Positions 43,297 through 57,673 of a stretch of DNA of 64,000 nt are shown here, piece by piece. Position numbers and translations under genes: made by a program. The notes beneath the pieces are model-generated. The model made no database searches, was not told where the DNA came from, and was given only the letters and a program-made list of their open reading frames with translations. Source of the stretch: Adineta vaga (lineage: Eukaryota > Animalia > Rotifera); assembly GCA_021613535.1 (NCBI GenBank), contig CP075496.1:6572001-6636000 (forward strand), written 5' to 3'. The stretch's first letter is position 1; each line of letters opens with the position of its first letter.

Positions 43297-44859
43297 CTCT
43301 TCTTTTTTTTTAGTATGCGCTTGAGTTGAAAGTCTTACGAATAGAACATGAGAGATATAATATCAACCTTGATTTCCTCTTGTCTCTCTAGCTAGTAGAT
43401 ATTTTTAACTGAAATAAAAACATGATGAAATGAAATATGTATATATGTAAACGATGGATTCTATTCTGTTCTATTCAACACCTGGATATATTTCAGTGTC
43501 AATTTTTGTACTGAAATGTGAAATTCACCTTTTTTTTCTTTTTCATTAATGTATCGAATACGATAAGTGCATGAGTTTTGTTTTTCTTTTCTCCTTTATA
43601 TGTATAATTGATAGAAGAGAAAAATGATCTGACAGGTATATTAATGGAGCATAACAAATCGAAAAGAAATATATGAAATTGGATGAGATTAAGTCAAGTA
43701 ATACTTGAGAGAGATAACAAATATTTTCGACGATTAGGTTTATATAAAACTAATACACAATTTCATTTCTTTCAAATATATAATCGTACTTCTAGAAACA
43801 AAAATCCAGATAGATAGATAGATAGTATCTTTATTTCATACATATGGGTATTAATTGAAAAATGATGTGTCGATATATTACAATCTAGCAAAAACAAGCA
43901 ATATCATATCAAGATCTAGGGATTAGATCGTCATTAATCATTATTTACAAGATTGTTTATGTACTAAGAGATGCATTGATATGTGCTCATCAAACAATTT
44001 GATGATTGATCAAGAAAGAAAACATGAATTTTAATTTTATTTGACAATTAAATTTCAATTCTATCTAACCTTAGAAATGTCTTTCAAGGTAATCATTTTT
44101 TCTTTCATAACGAAAGGGCAATGAGGTCAAAATGCAATATAGGCAATACATTTTTGTAAAAGAAATGCATTGTACATAAGAGAACTCAGACAATAAATGA
44201 TGATATTGATCATGTAATTCAAAGACAGAAATCTCTCATAGAATTCAAACGTTCTAATCCGTGAGTGACTTTATATATATATATATCATTCCTAATGGAA
44301 AAAAAGACATCGAATAACTAATTAATAAATCCATAATTAGATAACAGAATACAGTATTTTTGTTCGAAACTTTCTACTGTGTACTAAGAAACATATGTGT
44401 CTATTCATAAAGATAACAAAGGGAGCCATTAAAGTGTACTTTTATAGAATCATTTAGAAAAAAAACCTAGAAATTCATAAACGAAGGAAAAAGAGATTTG
44501 AAAAATATTGATTTACTTTTACTTCGATGGATTGACATATGCACTGCATTTCTATTAATATTAACTTATACTACTTTGCTAAAATAACAAGTTTCTTTGT
44601 GTCAATAACAATGCACGTGTCTTCTTTTATCCTACATACTCTTGATTGACCGGTTTGTTGTAAACGAATGATAGTTTATCCTAAGATATAAAATCTAAAG
44701 GGTTGTTTATTACGAAAAGAAAAACAAGGACAAAAATGAAGACTAAATCAGTAATTCAAATAGAGAATAGAATGGGAAAATGTTGGATAATTAAGCATAG
44801 TTGCCCTTTTTGTTTTGGTCTTGTTTGCGATTCTGTTGTGGTTCAGAATCATCACGATT

Positions 44860-45078
44860 TTACGATGAATCAGCTGCTTCCTCTTCGTCGTCGTCGGTCT
44901 TCAATTTAAATTGTGGTTGAACATGTTTCCATAATTTTCCTTGATTATGACGTTCATATATATATTCAGCTGATTTGTTAATAATACGTTCATAACCAAA
45001 TACACCAACAACAGTTGCGAAGGCGATAGTCGCTGAGCGACGAAAAAATAAGTTATAAACGGTTTTTGTAACAGACAT
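44860..45078 (-). CDS. UQCR10: Cytochrome b-c1 complex subunit 9
   Basis: VYNLFFRRSATIAFATVVGVFGYER...IYERHNQGKLWKHV is the classic QCR9 signature. Confidence 0.93.
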   Translation of the reverse strand: MSVTKTVYNLFFRRSATIAFATVVGVFGYERIINKSAEYIYERHNQGKLWKHVQPQFKLKTDDDEEEAADSS

Positions 45079-45706
45079 TGGCAGTTATCTAGAACGAATA
45101 AATATAAAAATGAAATTGATTCTTTCATGCCTATTTGTCACCTAACAATTACAGAAAATTATTCTTCCGAACTAAAATCGATGAAATGACCATAACATTG
45201 ATTACAACTCAGAAAATCTAACGTATCGTTTTCCATGATTTATATACGTGACGGAAATATTCAAACGCTAACGAAGTCTCTATACTATCTGACTTAATTT
45301 CAGGTTTAATTTCTAAAATATTAAAACATTGAGAAAATAGATAAAAAAAAGGAAAATTAAATTTATCTATCTTCTTTTTAAATAGAAAAAAGAGTATAAG
45401 AATGTACATAAATGGATAAAAATGAACTGTTCCTTTTCTGAGCATTTCCAATGAGTGACCGAAAAAAAACACACTATAAAAGTACAAGAAATATTTTTTG
45501 AAAAGAAAAAAGAATGAACGAAAAAGCAAAGGAAGAATAATATTAAAATTTAAACTTGATTAAACTGTTCTGATTTTCATTTACAATAAACTGTTCAAAA
45601 ATGAAAACAAAAAAACATATACAACAAGATGAATTTCCTAATCTAATTCTCATTGCTTATATGCATATGTATAATATATATATATATATGTATACGAATT
45701 GATAAA

Positions 45707-46543
45707 TTATCCATTTGTTCGTGGCCAAGCATCGAAACCAAAGAGTAAACCAATGATTAATGCAATACCACAAAGAATGGATAGAATACAGAGAATCAGA
45801 GCACGTTTATTAAGTTTATGTGAATCCATAACAAAACCATCGCGAAATTTACTCTGTGCTTTACGAGCGAATGCGAATGCAAACAGACCTAAAAGAGAAT
45901 GTTGATGATTATAAGATCAAGAAAAATACGAATGAACTTAAGTTACCTAATGGAAAAAACAGAATGATACATAATATTGCGAGCCATCTCCAATCGGACG
46001 GACGGCGTGGTGCTTGTGGATCAAATTTCTGACACGGTTCACTAATGTTGCTGAACTTTTCGAACTTGACGCACCACCTGCATGTGGTTGAGAACCTTGT
46101 GTTCGAATAGTTGATTGACTTGAATATAGTGGATTAGTTGGTCGAACTTGTGGATATTCTTCAATGAGGAAAAAGAATAATATATGTGGGTGTGTTTTTT
46201 GTTTCAAGGTTATTATTTTTATTTACCGGAATATCTTGATACTCGACTTGGAACGGAACCTTGCGAACGTTGATCATTATCTGGTGGATATCGATTTCCA
46301 TAATAGGTGGGATTGTTACTTAAACCACCACCACCACCACCATTTCGAAGGTCAATTCGAATATCGTTGAAAGCAGGTTGTTCATTGTCATCCGTTCCAT
46401 GACGCATCTAAAATTCGACAAATTATTTTCATCAAACGTCTAAGAACTGAGCAATGGTTTAGATTAAGTTAGATCACGGAGCGCTATCCTACTAGGCCTC
46501 GATTCTCATCGTTTAACAACCACCGGTTTCCTCCATTCTGCAT
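45707..46543 (-). CDS. CD225/dispanin family membrane protein (PRRT1/IFITM-like)
   Basis: Five exons, including an inferred 62-nt intron that switches frame relative to the ORF track. Gives APRRPSDWRWLAILCIILFFPLG|LFAFAFARKAQSKFRDG...KRALILCILSILCGIALII. Confidence 0.8.
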
Positions 46544-48656
46544 TGATGACGAGTCAGATGAAGTTTCGTCGTCGTCGTCGTTGTTGATGTTCTTTTTCTA
46601 TCAATGACAGAACAAGAGAGAAGTATAGAGCGCAATACAAAAAAAAATGAAGAAAAAAGTTCACTCAAGCCCACGTGAATAAATACGGAAAAAAACGGCG
46701 TACATCTACGTGTTTTGTCTCTCCTTTTTTTTCTCTATAATAATAAAAAAAAGTTATTTCTCAAAAAAAAACCGCTCGTCAATGTCGCCCTTCATCGTCA
46801 ACTCGATTCTTTCCTATTACGCGTGTACATATGTAACATACATATTAAATACGAGATGAATTTTTTTTTCTCTTCTTTTCTCGTACCATTTCTGCACTTA
46901 TATTATAAAAAGAATAAGAAAAAAGGGGAGTAGTTACAGCAGAAGCAGCAACAGCAGGACTCGAAGGAGAACTAGTAAAAAGAAAAACGACGTAGGAAGG
47001 AGAACAGAGAAAAAGAACGATGAAATTGAAATTGTAATAGGTGGTAGTAGTCATCAGCAATGTTCTATTAAGACACGAGTTCCTTTTGAGAGAGTGAAGG
47101 TCAAGTCATCCAGCAAGAAGAAGAAGAAGAAGAAAAAAAATGAAGGAGCACATATGTTTGTATTACATAATTAACACACATAGTATAATTATTCAATATA
47201 TAAAAGGTTTCACTCGGACATTCTCTGAACTATCGAATAGAAATGAATATAAAACTTCTAACACGTCCTTACGAAATACTTATTTGTTTCGAAAGTAGAT
47301 AAACAATGACAATACGATCGATATTTTACATTCTGTACGTATGAAAATAAAAACGAACGAACTCAAATGCATACAATGAATCATAATGAGTACAAATTCA
47401 TCTTTTATGATACTGATAACATTGGCAAATGATTCATTTTTTTTTAAAGAACTCAAAATCTTGATTTTATCAGGTAATTACTAAAAAAAACGACTAGCTG
47501 AAATATTTGCAAGTATTCGATTGGTTGGTATATTAACAATTTGTCAGATTCTTTCGAGGATATCATTCTCATTTTTTTTTCTACGGTACAATTAACATAC
47601 AAATCCTTCGGGCAAAGGTAACAAGAAAAATGATGGAAGTGTACTTAGGACATGAGAAGTTCTGTTCTAATCGAGTCTTCTTACATAATATCATTTATCT
47701 TTGACTAAAATGTACAAATTTTAAGAGAAAAATATTCCAGGAAAATTTATAAACAATTTCACAGCTGAGTAAAAATAAGTACACATAATTTGATCCAACC
47801 TTGTCTAAATGTTTTTTCTATTAAATGCAATATTTTTTTCCTTGTCTGACAAGGTACTATCGATGAGAATGAAAAAATAATGATGATGCGAACAAATATA
47901 TGTTGCTTCTAGATAGAATATAATTTCCAGTGTATCAAGAACGATCTAAAGCTCTGAAAATATGTTTTTATTCTTTATCTCAGAGACTTGTATTAATCAT
48001 TAGATGAACTCTTGATAAAGTTTTTCTTCAAAATTATAAATCCGATAGTCTTCTATTTAAAATAGTATGTTAAATATCGCATATTTGAAATTAATAACTA
48101 TTGAAAGGTTGAGAACTGTGTATACATGATCACATAAAAAAGAACATTCTCTACTCCAGTAAAACATTGGACTTAGGATACTTACAGTTGTATACATTGT
48201 ATTCTTCTGTTGTCATGATGTGTTGATAATGTGATCTGAATGTTGAGTGTTGCATCGTGAAAGACAAAATCTTAATAGAAATAAAAAAGAAAACAGTAAA
48301 TATTGTTTGTAATTATGTGGATTTCTGTATTTTCGTTTCGTTCTTCTTTTTCCATTTCCATTTCATCCTTAGTGCACAACAAGCAAAACAACTTGTAAAA
48401 CAACCAATTATATAACATTAACTGAAGATGTCACTTCAATATGAAATATTATTTTAAAATTCATCTTATTTAATTTTCTTCAATAATTATTAAAAAAATT
48501 AATTAATATCGGAATTATAAATTTGATAAGACAATAAAATTAAATCAATGACTCATTTAAACCAGTTACCAGTTACTAGAATAATCAGTTGTTTTCATTG
48601 AGATTGAGAATTTTAAAGTACGTAAAAGAATTCTATTCTGTTATCTTCTTATTTAG

Positions 48657-50085
48657 ATGGCTGCTCCTAAGCCTTGGGAATCATCAGTTCCAATGTCAAG
48701 TCAACCAATGCCAACAACATTCGATACTATAAATAATGGTTTTATGCCAACTATTGAGCAGCCGTATGTATTTATCTGAATCAAATATTCATATTTTTTT
48801 AAATGAAATTTTTTCTTTTATTCAATTGTAGACGATTGCAAGGTCCCATACCTCCTCCCCCTCCTCGAACTATTCAACAACAACAACAACAACAACAACT
48901 TGGTTTCTATCCTTCCACAAATTATATGAGTCCATATGGATATAGTCCATATCAAACAGGAGGTGTCTATAATAATTATCGTATGACACCTTATGGTACT
49001 TCATCAAATCTTCCCATGAGTAATTTTGCTCAACTAGCTATGGATGAATCACGTTCAACATTTTCATCAATCGAATCCGTTATTCATACATTTCGTTCAA
49101 TATCAATAATGCTTGAGTCAACATTTACGAGTGTTTATTCATCATTTCGTGCTGTAACTGATGTATTCGAACACTTTACACGATTACGTACAGAAATCTC
49201 TGCAATGTATCCCCTTGTTTTAATATGGAGATTTGTCAAATATCTTTATTATCGTCTCTTACGTTTACTTCATTTACGACAAGCTACACATGGTAATACA
49301 GAAGAAACATGGACAGCTATCTATAATAGTTTACAACAAACTGCAACGAATATAAATGGATCAACAACAGCACGTTCATCATCATCTGGTTTACTTGTCG
49401 CTCTATTCTTTGTCGTCTCATTTGGTACACCAATGTTAATGTTAAAACTGATCAATTCGATCATTAAAAAAAGACAAGGTATGAAAAGTATTCGTGGAAT
49501 TGCTCTCTGTACTGATTTATCGAATATTTAGTTGATAATAATTGGTTAGAACAAGAAACGAAACAAGCAAAAGTAGTAGCATTGTATGATTATGTTGCAA
49601 GAAATTCCGATGAATTATCATTTACACGAGGAGCAACTATTTACCTAGCACCTCTTGGTAAGTTTCATAATCAAACTGTATTATAATAAACGAAATAAAG
49701 GAAAGAGAAACTATCAAAGATATTCACTCATGAAATATTTATTGCTCATAGTTAGGTTGATCATTAATGTTCTAATAAACAGAATCCTTTTTTAGCTTTA
49801 CAATCTACCACATCACAATGGTTTTTGGGCTCAATAGATCGTATTCATACCGGTTTAATACCTGCTAACTATGTTCAACCTATTCGACAGCAAAATACTT
49901 CTGGTATAAGTCTTCGTCCCCAGACACCTTACAATGCCACAGTAAATTTCGATAACATTCATTTTCTTTTCAAATAACTTATTTTGTTTTATTTCTAGTC
50001 GATCGTTCCACCTCTACCACCTACTATTATTCCAAGCACGTCTCAGACGATTTTTAATAGTGCAGAACAACCTACTTTATCTTGA
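48657..50085 (+). CDS. PEX13: Peroxisomal membrane protein PEX13
   Basis: Starts MAAPKPWE; YG-rich region; Peroxin-13_N (FSSIESVIHTFRSISIMLESTFTSVYSSFRAV); SH3 (VVALYDYVARNSDELSFTRG...GLIPANYV). Confidence 0.95.
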
Positions 50086-50214
50086 TTTATGACATTTGTT
50101 TTGTGTTTTTCTTTGCTTGCAAGTCGTTTTCTTCTAATTGTCTTGTGATTTGATTTCTATCAAAAAATATTTGTTTTCCTTTTTTTGATTCGTTTCAAAC
50201 AAACTACTTTCTAG

Positions 50215-51509
50215 ATGAGTTTAAATATAAATAAAACTGTTCTTATCACTGGTGCATCCGGTGTCTTAGGTCGACAAGTAACCAATCGTTTTCTTGATGC
50301 TGGATGGAATGTTACAGGTGATTCATCTATCGATCACATCTACATACTCTTTTGAAATCACGAAACTTTTTCTAAATATTCTTCAGGTCTTGCCTATACT
50401 CGAGCAAATAAAACTCATTTGATTCGTTGTGATTTGACTAATTTCGAAGAAACAAATAAAATCATTCAAGATGTCAAGGTAGATATTTTCCTAGACGTTT
50501 TTGTATTGAAAAAGAATGAAACAATGACTTATCTAGCCTGATGCTATTGTTCATTGTGCTGCTGAACGTAAACCTGATGCATTCGAAAAAGATCCCAAAA
50601 ATGCGATGTTTCTTAATGTTGAAGTAACTCGAAATTTAGCTCAACTAGCAGGTAAAATACCTGTTTCTTATTCGTCGTTTATTCATAAAAATAAACAACA
50701 TTATTCCTTTTATTATAGCAAAAGAAAATATCTTTTTTATTCTTATTTCAACTGATTATGTATTTGATGGGAAAAATCCACCATATAAAGAAGATGATAC
50801 TCCTAATCCATTACAAGCATATGGAAAGAGTAAATATGAATCTGAATTAGTAACAAAAAAAGCATCAGAAAGTAATGTTAAAATCTAAAAATACTCAACT
50901 TTCGTATCGAAATGTTCATTTTAGAGCATGTTATTCTTCGAGTTCCATTACTCTATGGAGAAGTTGAAACATTGGATGAGAATGCAGTAACGATTCTATT
51001 TAAAAATATTCAAAATACAAATAATCATGTGAAAATGGATGAGTATGATTGATTGATTGATTGATGTAAAGAATTTCTTCGGAATCATATTTGTTTCCTT
51101 TAATTAAGTGTTCAAACTCGTTATCCAACATATGTTGGTGATGTTGCTGAAGTTTGTTTTCAATTATGTGAACAACGGATAAAACAAGTCTATAATCTAT
51201 TATTTCTCTATCGATTTTCAATATGAATTATTTTTTATTTTCTAGAATCGAAATGAAGTCCATGGAATCTATCATTTTTCTGGTCCAAAGAAGTACACTA
51301 AATTTCAAATGGCTCTTTTGATTGCTTCTCTTTTTCATTTACCAATTGATCATATCGAACGTGATCAAGGCATTGTTTCAACTACAACTGTTCCACGACC
51401 TGATAATGCTGCATTAGATTCTAGTAAATTGTCAAATGAACTCGGTATTCATATCGAACAAGCTGATTTTGAAACAATACTTCGACGTTGTCTCGAATCA
51501 TTTCTTTGA
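50215..51509 (+). CDS. MAT2B: Methionine adenosyltransferase II beta subunit (RmlD-like SDR)
   Basis: Multi-exon. VLITGASGVLGR, HCAAERKPD, ISTDYVFDGKNPPYKEDDTPNPLQAYGKSK, LRVPLLYG, RYPTYVGDVA, RPDNAALD. Confidence 0.9.
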
Positions 51510-51558
51510 TTACGAACAAAAAGGCAAACAAATAGACTTGAAAATACAAATTCTTATT

Positions 51559-52969
51559 TTAAATAAAATCTTGTCCAGCTTCAATGTCTTTCGCTGGTAA
51601 TCCCGCAAGTAAATCTCGAGCATCTTGTTCAGTAAATGCTAAAATCGATTGAACTGAATTAAGTTTCTTTAAGTATCCCGAGTTTGTTTCCATATGATTT
51701 TCTGAACGATAATTCATTGCTGCTCGATAATGTGATGTAAAGATATCTTTTGATTTGAAATGTTTGACAATCAAATTACCTAAGAACAATCGACAAAAAT
51801 TTTCAATCAAACTATCATTTGTTTTCCCTTATACTAACCAATAAGTGTTTTATTACTTGTTGGCAATTGTCCCACACCGCCATGTCGACCAATAGTTAAA
51901 AGCATAAGTGGATATAAATGTTTTTGATATGGTTTTGGATAGGATTTTTTCTTATCAATTAATGTTATTAATTGTGCAACATAATTTGCTTGTTCTGTTG
52001 CGATATATGCAAATTTTGCTTCTTTGTCACTAATATCACCAATAGCAAAGATCTTGTCATAACCATCGACTTGTAAATAATCATTAACAATTAGCCGACC
52101 TGTTTGAGGATTTAATTTGACTTTTAAAGGACCGTTTATAATACTTTTACTATTCACATGTGCACCAGTACATAGAAATGTTAAATCAGCAGTAATAGTT
52201 CGTTTATTTTTTTCTGTTACATAAGTTTGACGTCCTTCAATGTACTTCATATTTGATTTATTATGTTCATCTAGTAATTGTATTCCATCGTTTAAGATAA
52301 TTTTAATGTGAAGTTTTTCGAGATTTTCTTGTAAACGAGCATAGAAATTGTCTTGAAATATTTTTGGTTGTAATAATGTCGATTGATTATGAATAAGAGT
52401 AATGTCTTTTCCCGGAAAATCAGTTGCTATTTCACCAGCAAGCTCAATTCCAACTGGACCACCACCAATTATTAAAATTTGTTCGGATTGTTTTATTTTT
52501 TCTTGAAGATTATTAAAAAGATTAATTGCACTTGAACTTTCTATCTCAGCTATTTTACCAGGAAATGCATATGATGAACCTGTAGCAATGACTAAATACT
52601 CAAAATGTATTGGATCATGACGTCCATGAACATGAACACCATCTGTTAAAATTGACGTTACTTCAGCTTGAATAACACAACCTAGATATGAATACTTCTT
52701 GCTTTTATAAATAAATAGAAGAAAATGTACAAACCATTTGTTAACAAGCGATCATAAGGTATAACAATCTTGTGAGCATAATCATATTCTATTGTTGCAC
52801 GTAATGCAGCTATATTATGAAGAAAATAAGATTTTCGATCAATAAGTATGACGAAAAATTGACCAGTTTTATCCAACAATTTGGCACATTGAATACCTCC
52901 ATAACCACCTCCAACAATAACTACAACAGGCTTCTTGTCTACGTTTCCTTGAGATTCGCAAATACCCAT
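51559..52969 (-). CDS. AIFM2: Ferroptosis suppressor protein 1 / AMID-type NAD(P)H oxidoreductase
   Basis: Three exons. MGICES myristoylation-type N-terminus; VVIVGGGYGG; HNIAALRA; LVIATGS; IIGGGPVGIELAGEI; FAIGD; GGVGQ. Confidence 0.88.
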
Positions 52970-53691
52970 TTTCTTAGTCTGCTTTAATAATATGCGTTCT
53001 TACTTCTATATATCTAACTAAATCATATTTTGTCTTGTCATGGCACACGTATCTGACGCTTCAGAAAGGTGTTCCAGTGACACAATGATGTTCATGACAT
53101 GCTCCAAATAACGCATGATTTTGACATCAGCAAACAATGAATCAAAAAGATATATATTTTTCTGATTAAAAGTCTCAATGTCATTCGCAACGTCACAATG
53201 AAATGCTGTCATCTTCAAATTAGACTTTGGTGTTAAAAGAAAAATTTTCTTCAGATGAATCCTACTTTCATTATAGAAGGGAAAATATGAACGAATGGAC
53301 CGATAACTAACGACAGCTGTCGTAAATCTTATGTTTTGATTGATACGCTTAATATTGCTGTCAAAGAAACGAATAGATTTCTTACTTTTCTTGTTTATGA
53401 TCATTTAAAAAGCATCATTCCTTACATCAATTGATTGATTCATCCAATCTGCTCTTTTTTATATAAAATATACATATATGCATACAAATGCATTTCAACA
53501 TTTTTGATTCTTTTCTTACTTGTATACAGAAGAGAAAAAAACAACAAAAAAGGCGAGCGTTAGTGTCGCGGCTTTTTTCAATATTCTTATATGCGAACTG
53601 AAGGTCATGTCACACCTAATGACGCTCACATATATTTATCAATATAGTAGTCAAAAACGAATCTTAACTGTGTTTTGAAATTATAGATTCT

Positions 53692-54953
53692 ATGGCAAAT
53701 GGTGATGGAGTTTTTCCGCGCTGGTTTTGGCCAGCGATTGCGTTTCTTATCATAGGTTTAATTCTACTGATTATTCTTCTACCAATATCATTTTCTTATC
53801 TGGATTTTTATCATTACGGTTTTCTACGTCGACATACAACAGGTCGTGTTAATCTCGATCGAGTTTATACAGGTGGACGATATCTTGTTGGTCCAGATTA
53901 TCAGTAAATATAGATTGTGATAAATATTTTTGAGGAAAAAATTCTTTTAACTAGCTTCAAGAAATTCAAAGCATCAGCACATTATGTTAATTTTAATCGT
54001 ATCGCTGTTTTTACCACTGATAATCTCGAAGTTCATCTCGTAAATAGACATTTGATCACTAATCTTCATTGATTCGCTTTCTTTAGACAATAACATTTCA
54101 ATTTTTCTTAATAAAAGAAGACTTACCATTATTACACGCTGCTTATGATCTTTATTATGAACCGATAATTGTTTCAAATGCAAAAGAAGCCATTATCTCT
54201 ACTTGTTCTCGTTTTGATACAGATGAATTTATCAATGATCGAGAAAAAATTTGGCGAGAAATTTATTTTGGTGTTAAACGTCAACTTGGTAATTTCCGAA
54301 GAGATTTCAACGATAAGAAAAGATTCATTTGACTTTCTCATAGGTGGAACATGTTGTACACCAAATTGCAAAAAGAATTGTCCAAAATGTCCAATTCATG
54401 AGCAATGTGTTGCTGGATGTCGAGTACGGGAACAAGGTTGTAAAAAAGAAGAAAAAGGCTTTTTTGCTGAAGTACGATATCTTCAATTACATGGTAAAAG
54501 CATATCAATCGAGTTGAGTGTTTTGAAATTTTGTGTTTCTTTATAAATTTAGATATTGATGTACCTGAACGTGTTATGGAACGTCGTTTACTTGGTTTAG
54601 TTCGTGATTTAGAAAAGGAACGAGAAGAATATCTTAATCAAGAAGCTCTTGTAAAAAAACAAACCGATATTTTAGCCAATCAATTTCGTAATAATGCAAC
54701 ACAATCAGTTGCATTTTCGGATGCTCAAGCTCAACTAAAACGTGAACAGGCGAAAGCTGATGCACTTAAACGTGTCGAACTTGCTCGTATTGAAGGTTTA
54801 TCATCAATGTGCTCAACATTAGGTATTACGCAAGCAAAACATATTAGTACACTTCAATATTTACGTACATTGAAAGATTCAGCTGATAATGTGAAATATT
54901 CTATTGATTTTAGCCATGCTATAGCTCAACAACCACAAATTAGAAAACCATAA
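53692..54953 (+). CDS. SPFH/band-7 (prohibitin-like) membrane protein with Cys-rich insert
   Basis: Five exons. N-terminal TM, then YTGGRYLVGP, VFTTDNLEV...TFQFFL, EFINDREKI, EVRYLQLH|DIDVP, and a C-terminal coiled coil (AQAQLKREQAKADA). Confidence 0.8.
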
Positions 54954-55260
54954 TTGATAAGAGAAGAAAAACGAACTAACGTTTAGTTTTATTATTGATT
55001 TATTGAAAACAAAAAAGATGATAGTAATCGATTTTATTGTGATAATTGTTTACTACGTCTTGAGGGTGTTGCTTACTAATTAATTTTCATTTGAGTATTT
55101 ACTAATCTTAATCCAATTATTGTTGTGTGCTGTGGACTAATGTATATTCGATTTTTTTTTTCGTATATTTATATTCATGACAAATTTTTCTCTATGAAAT
55201 AAACGATTTTAGCATAAAAAGAAGAAAAAAGTTCGTGTTCACGAAAATAAAATAAAACTT

Positions 55261-56198
55261 TTAAGGTAAAATTCGAGTTGATTTAACACCATTCGTTTCT
55301 CGACGAGCTTGTAAGACTATAAGTCAAAAACCTAACATTAAATATCTATTTTCCCAATATTTTTTACTTTTCGTTAAAATAAGTACATGTTCTGCAAAAA
55401 AAGCACAAGCAACAGCACATGATGTCAATACACCTGCAATAAGTAGAATACTAAAATTTCAAAAAAAAGAATCTTAACAAAACGAAAACTATTCAATTTA
55501 ATTTGAACTTCTCTCACCATGCTTGACTATCTCCTCGACAAATACCAGGTGAAAATGATATCAATTCATTTACTTGACTTGCACTTTCACAAAGAACATA
55601 ACCTTGAAAAAAATCATTTCGATAGTCTTTATCAAAATTTGTCTTCTCTTTATCTACCCCAAATATTAAAACCGAATGCAATTGTATATAAACTAGCAAT
55701 TATTCCATGGACAATAAGATCACGTTTCTTTGATACACGTACACCCGTAGTCATATAAATCCACATACGTTCAATACAATAAGCCAATGTTGTCCAGGAA
55801 AGTACAAAAAAGTACACAGCTGTATGTGGACCAGCACCAACTAAAGTTTTTTTTTTACAATGATTTTCTTCGTTTTATTAATCAAATCGAAATTACGTAC
55901 ATGGTGGTGTAAAAACATACCACTTGACAATAATTTGTCCACCAATTATCGAATGATGGCAAGTGCCCATGACATGTTGAACAATAACACATACTAATGT
56001 AAATAAAAACTCGACGAAATTTATTCGACCATCAGTTGTAATGAAATAATTCTTCAATCGTTCTGTCCGAGTTGTGACTTTAATCGATGATTGATGATTT
56101 TTTTCTCTTGTATTTGGAGTGGATGGATGATTTTCATCTGTCTCAATCACTGAAATAGGATTTGGATCATTGGTAGTCAATTGTTGTGTATTTGTCAT
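55261..56198 (-). CDS. MARVEL-like four-TM protein
   Basis: YFITTDGRINFVEF resembles the MARVEL start motif; four hydrophobic helices over about five exons. 3' end splice uncertain. Confidence 0.6.
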
Positions 56199-57673
56199 AT
56201 TTATTTTTGATCGTTAATTAGCATAATAATATAAATATTAGCTTATTTTGATTAAGTAGAGAAGAAGAAGGAAATTGAAATTTGAAACATAAACAAATAG
56301 TATGTTGTCATAGATATTTAGTATATTCATGTCGTTTCTACGAAAGATAAAATATGACATTGTTAACAAGAAATCTAGAATTTGTTTTTTTTAAGTATGT
56401 TCACTTGTAAATGAATTCATGTATTTGTTACTCAAACTCTATAACTAACGGATTCTGTGATGGGATGCTTGAACCTAAAAGCACTTGAGAGTTATAAGAT
56501 GGTAAACAATAATATCATCAAAACATGAGTTTTCCGAATTTCAACCATAAAAACTCTTGTCTCACTTAGACGATGACTGAATGTATCTAATGATTATCAC
56601 TAATAGATTGTTTTTTCTTTATAATCTATCACTTGATCAAATGAATACGATATTTTTTTATTCCAATCGTACACTTCAGCAAGTTATTTTGATTACAAAC
56701 GTCATCGGATAATCTTTACTACGCACGAAGAATTAAATTTCCATGAATAATCACTCGTTAATGTACTTTATTAAAAGTTAATCATTTGAATCCATTTGAA
56801 AAGTTTCAAATGATCAAAAACTATAATAATAGGGTAGATGAGTTACATCAAGTAAAACGAAGCAGTTCACTGGAAAGTAAAGAATGAAGAAGTAAAATGC
56901 TTCTTTTTTTCCAAAGTACGAAGCAGATCGAGTAGTGGATTGATATTACATTCATTATTATTCTTAGTTTTTATCATTGATTAATCCTCTAATAAAAACG
57001 TCGAAGAATCAACACGAAAATACATCTAAAACAATTATCCTGAGAATTGTTAAATCATTCTAATAAGTTCAGATTTGTTCGTATTTATTCTCAAAGGAAT
57101 TCATTGAAATTGAACAGATCTAGATATATTTTATTGAAAGTTTATTACCAAATCTATTCTCTCATGTTTCCTGTCTAAAATTGACAGTCCGAATGATAAA
57201 ATAAAAAGTTAAATAACTTAATTAGTTAATTACTTTCGTACTGAATATATGTAATTTCTATTAGTTAGACAATCAGAAATATTTTATATCATATTGAAAA
57301 TTAGCATGAATTCATCAAGTCAATTAGAAAGAAAACTCATATGTTCATTATATTTATCTGTAAAAGTTGTCAGGATGGTACTATAGTATGCGATTGTTCT
57401 ATTTACCATTTGTATTTCTCTAGTTGACATGATTATTTCTATTTGATTTCGTTTGCATTGATGACGTCAAGCAGTCATCAACTATCAAAAAGCTCAAGAG
57501 AATAAAAACAAAACAGGAAAATAGAGAAAAAGAGAGAGCGAGAGAGAGAGCGAGAAAAAAAGGAGAAGAAATAGATCCCTCATATTGTGTTTCTTTCATA
57601 ATGAGAACGAACAAAAGTATTTGAATTAAAACTAGTATCATCTCACTTTAAGAAGAACATCACTACACCAATC

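Noticed and set aside
45947-46207. Apparent -1 frameshift inside the CD225 gene
   Set aside because: Explained by a 62-nt intron (G|gtgcgt...cacaag|CA) of typical size; no need to invoke frameshifting.
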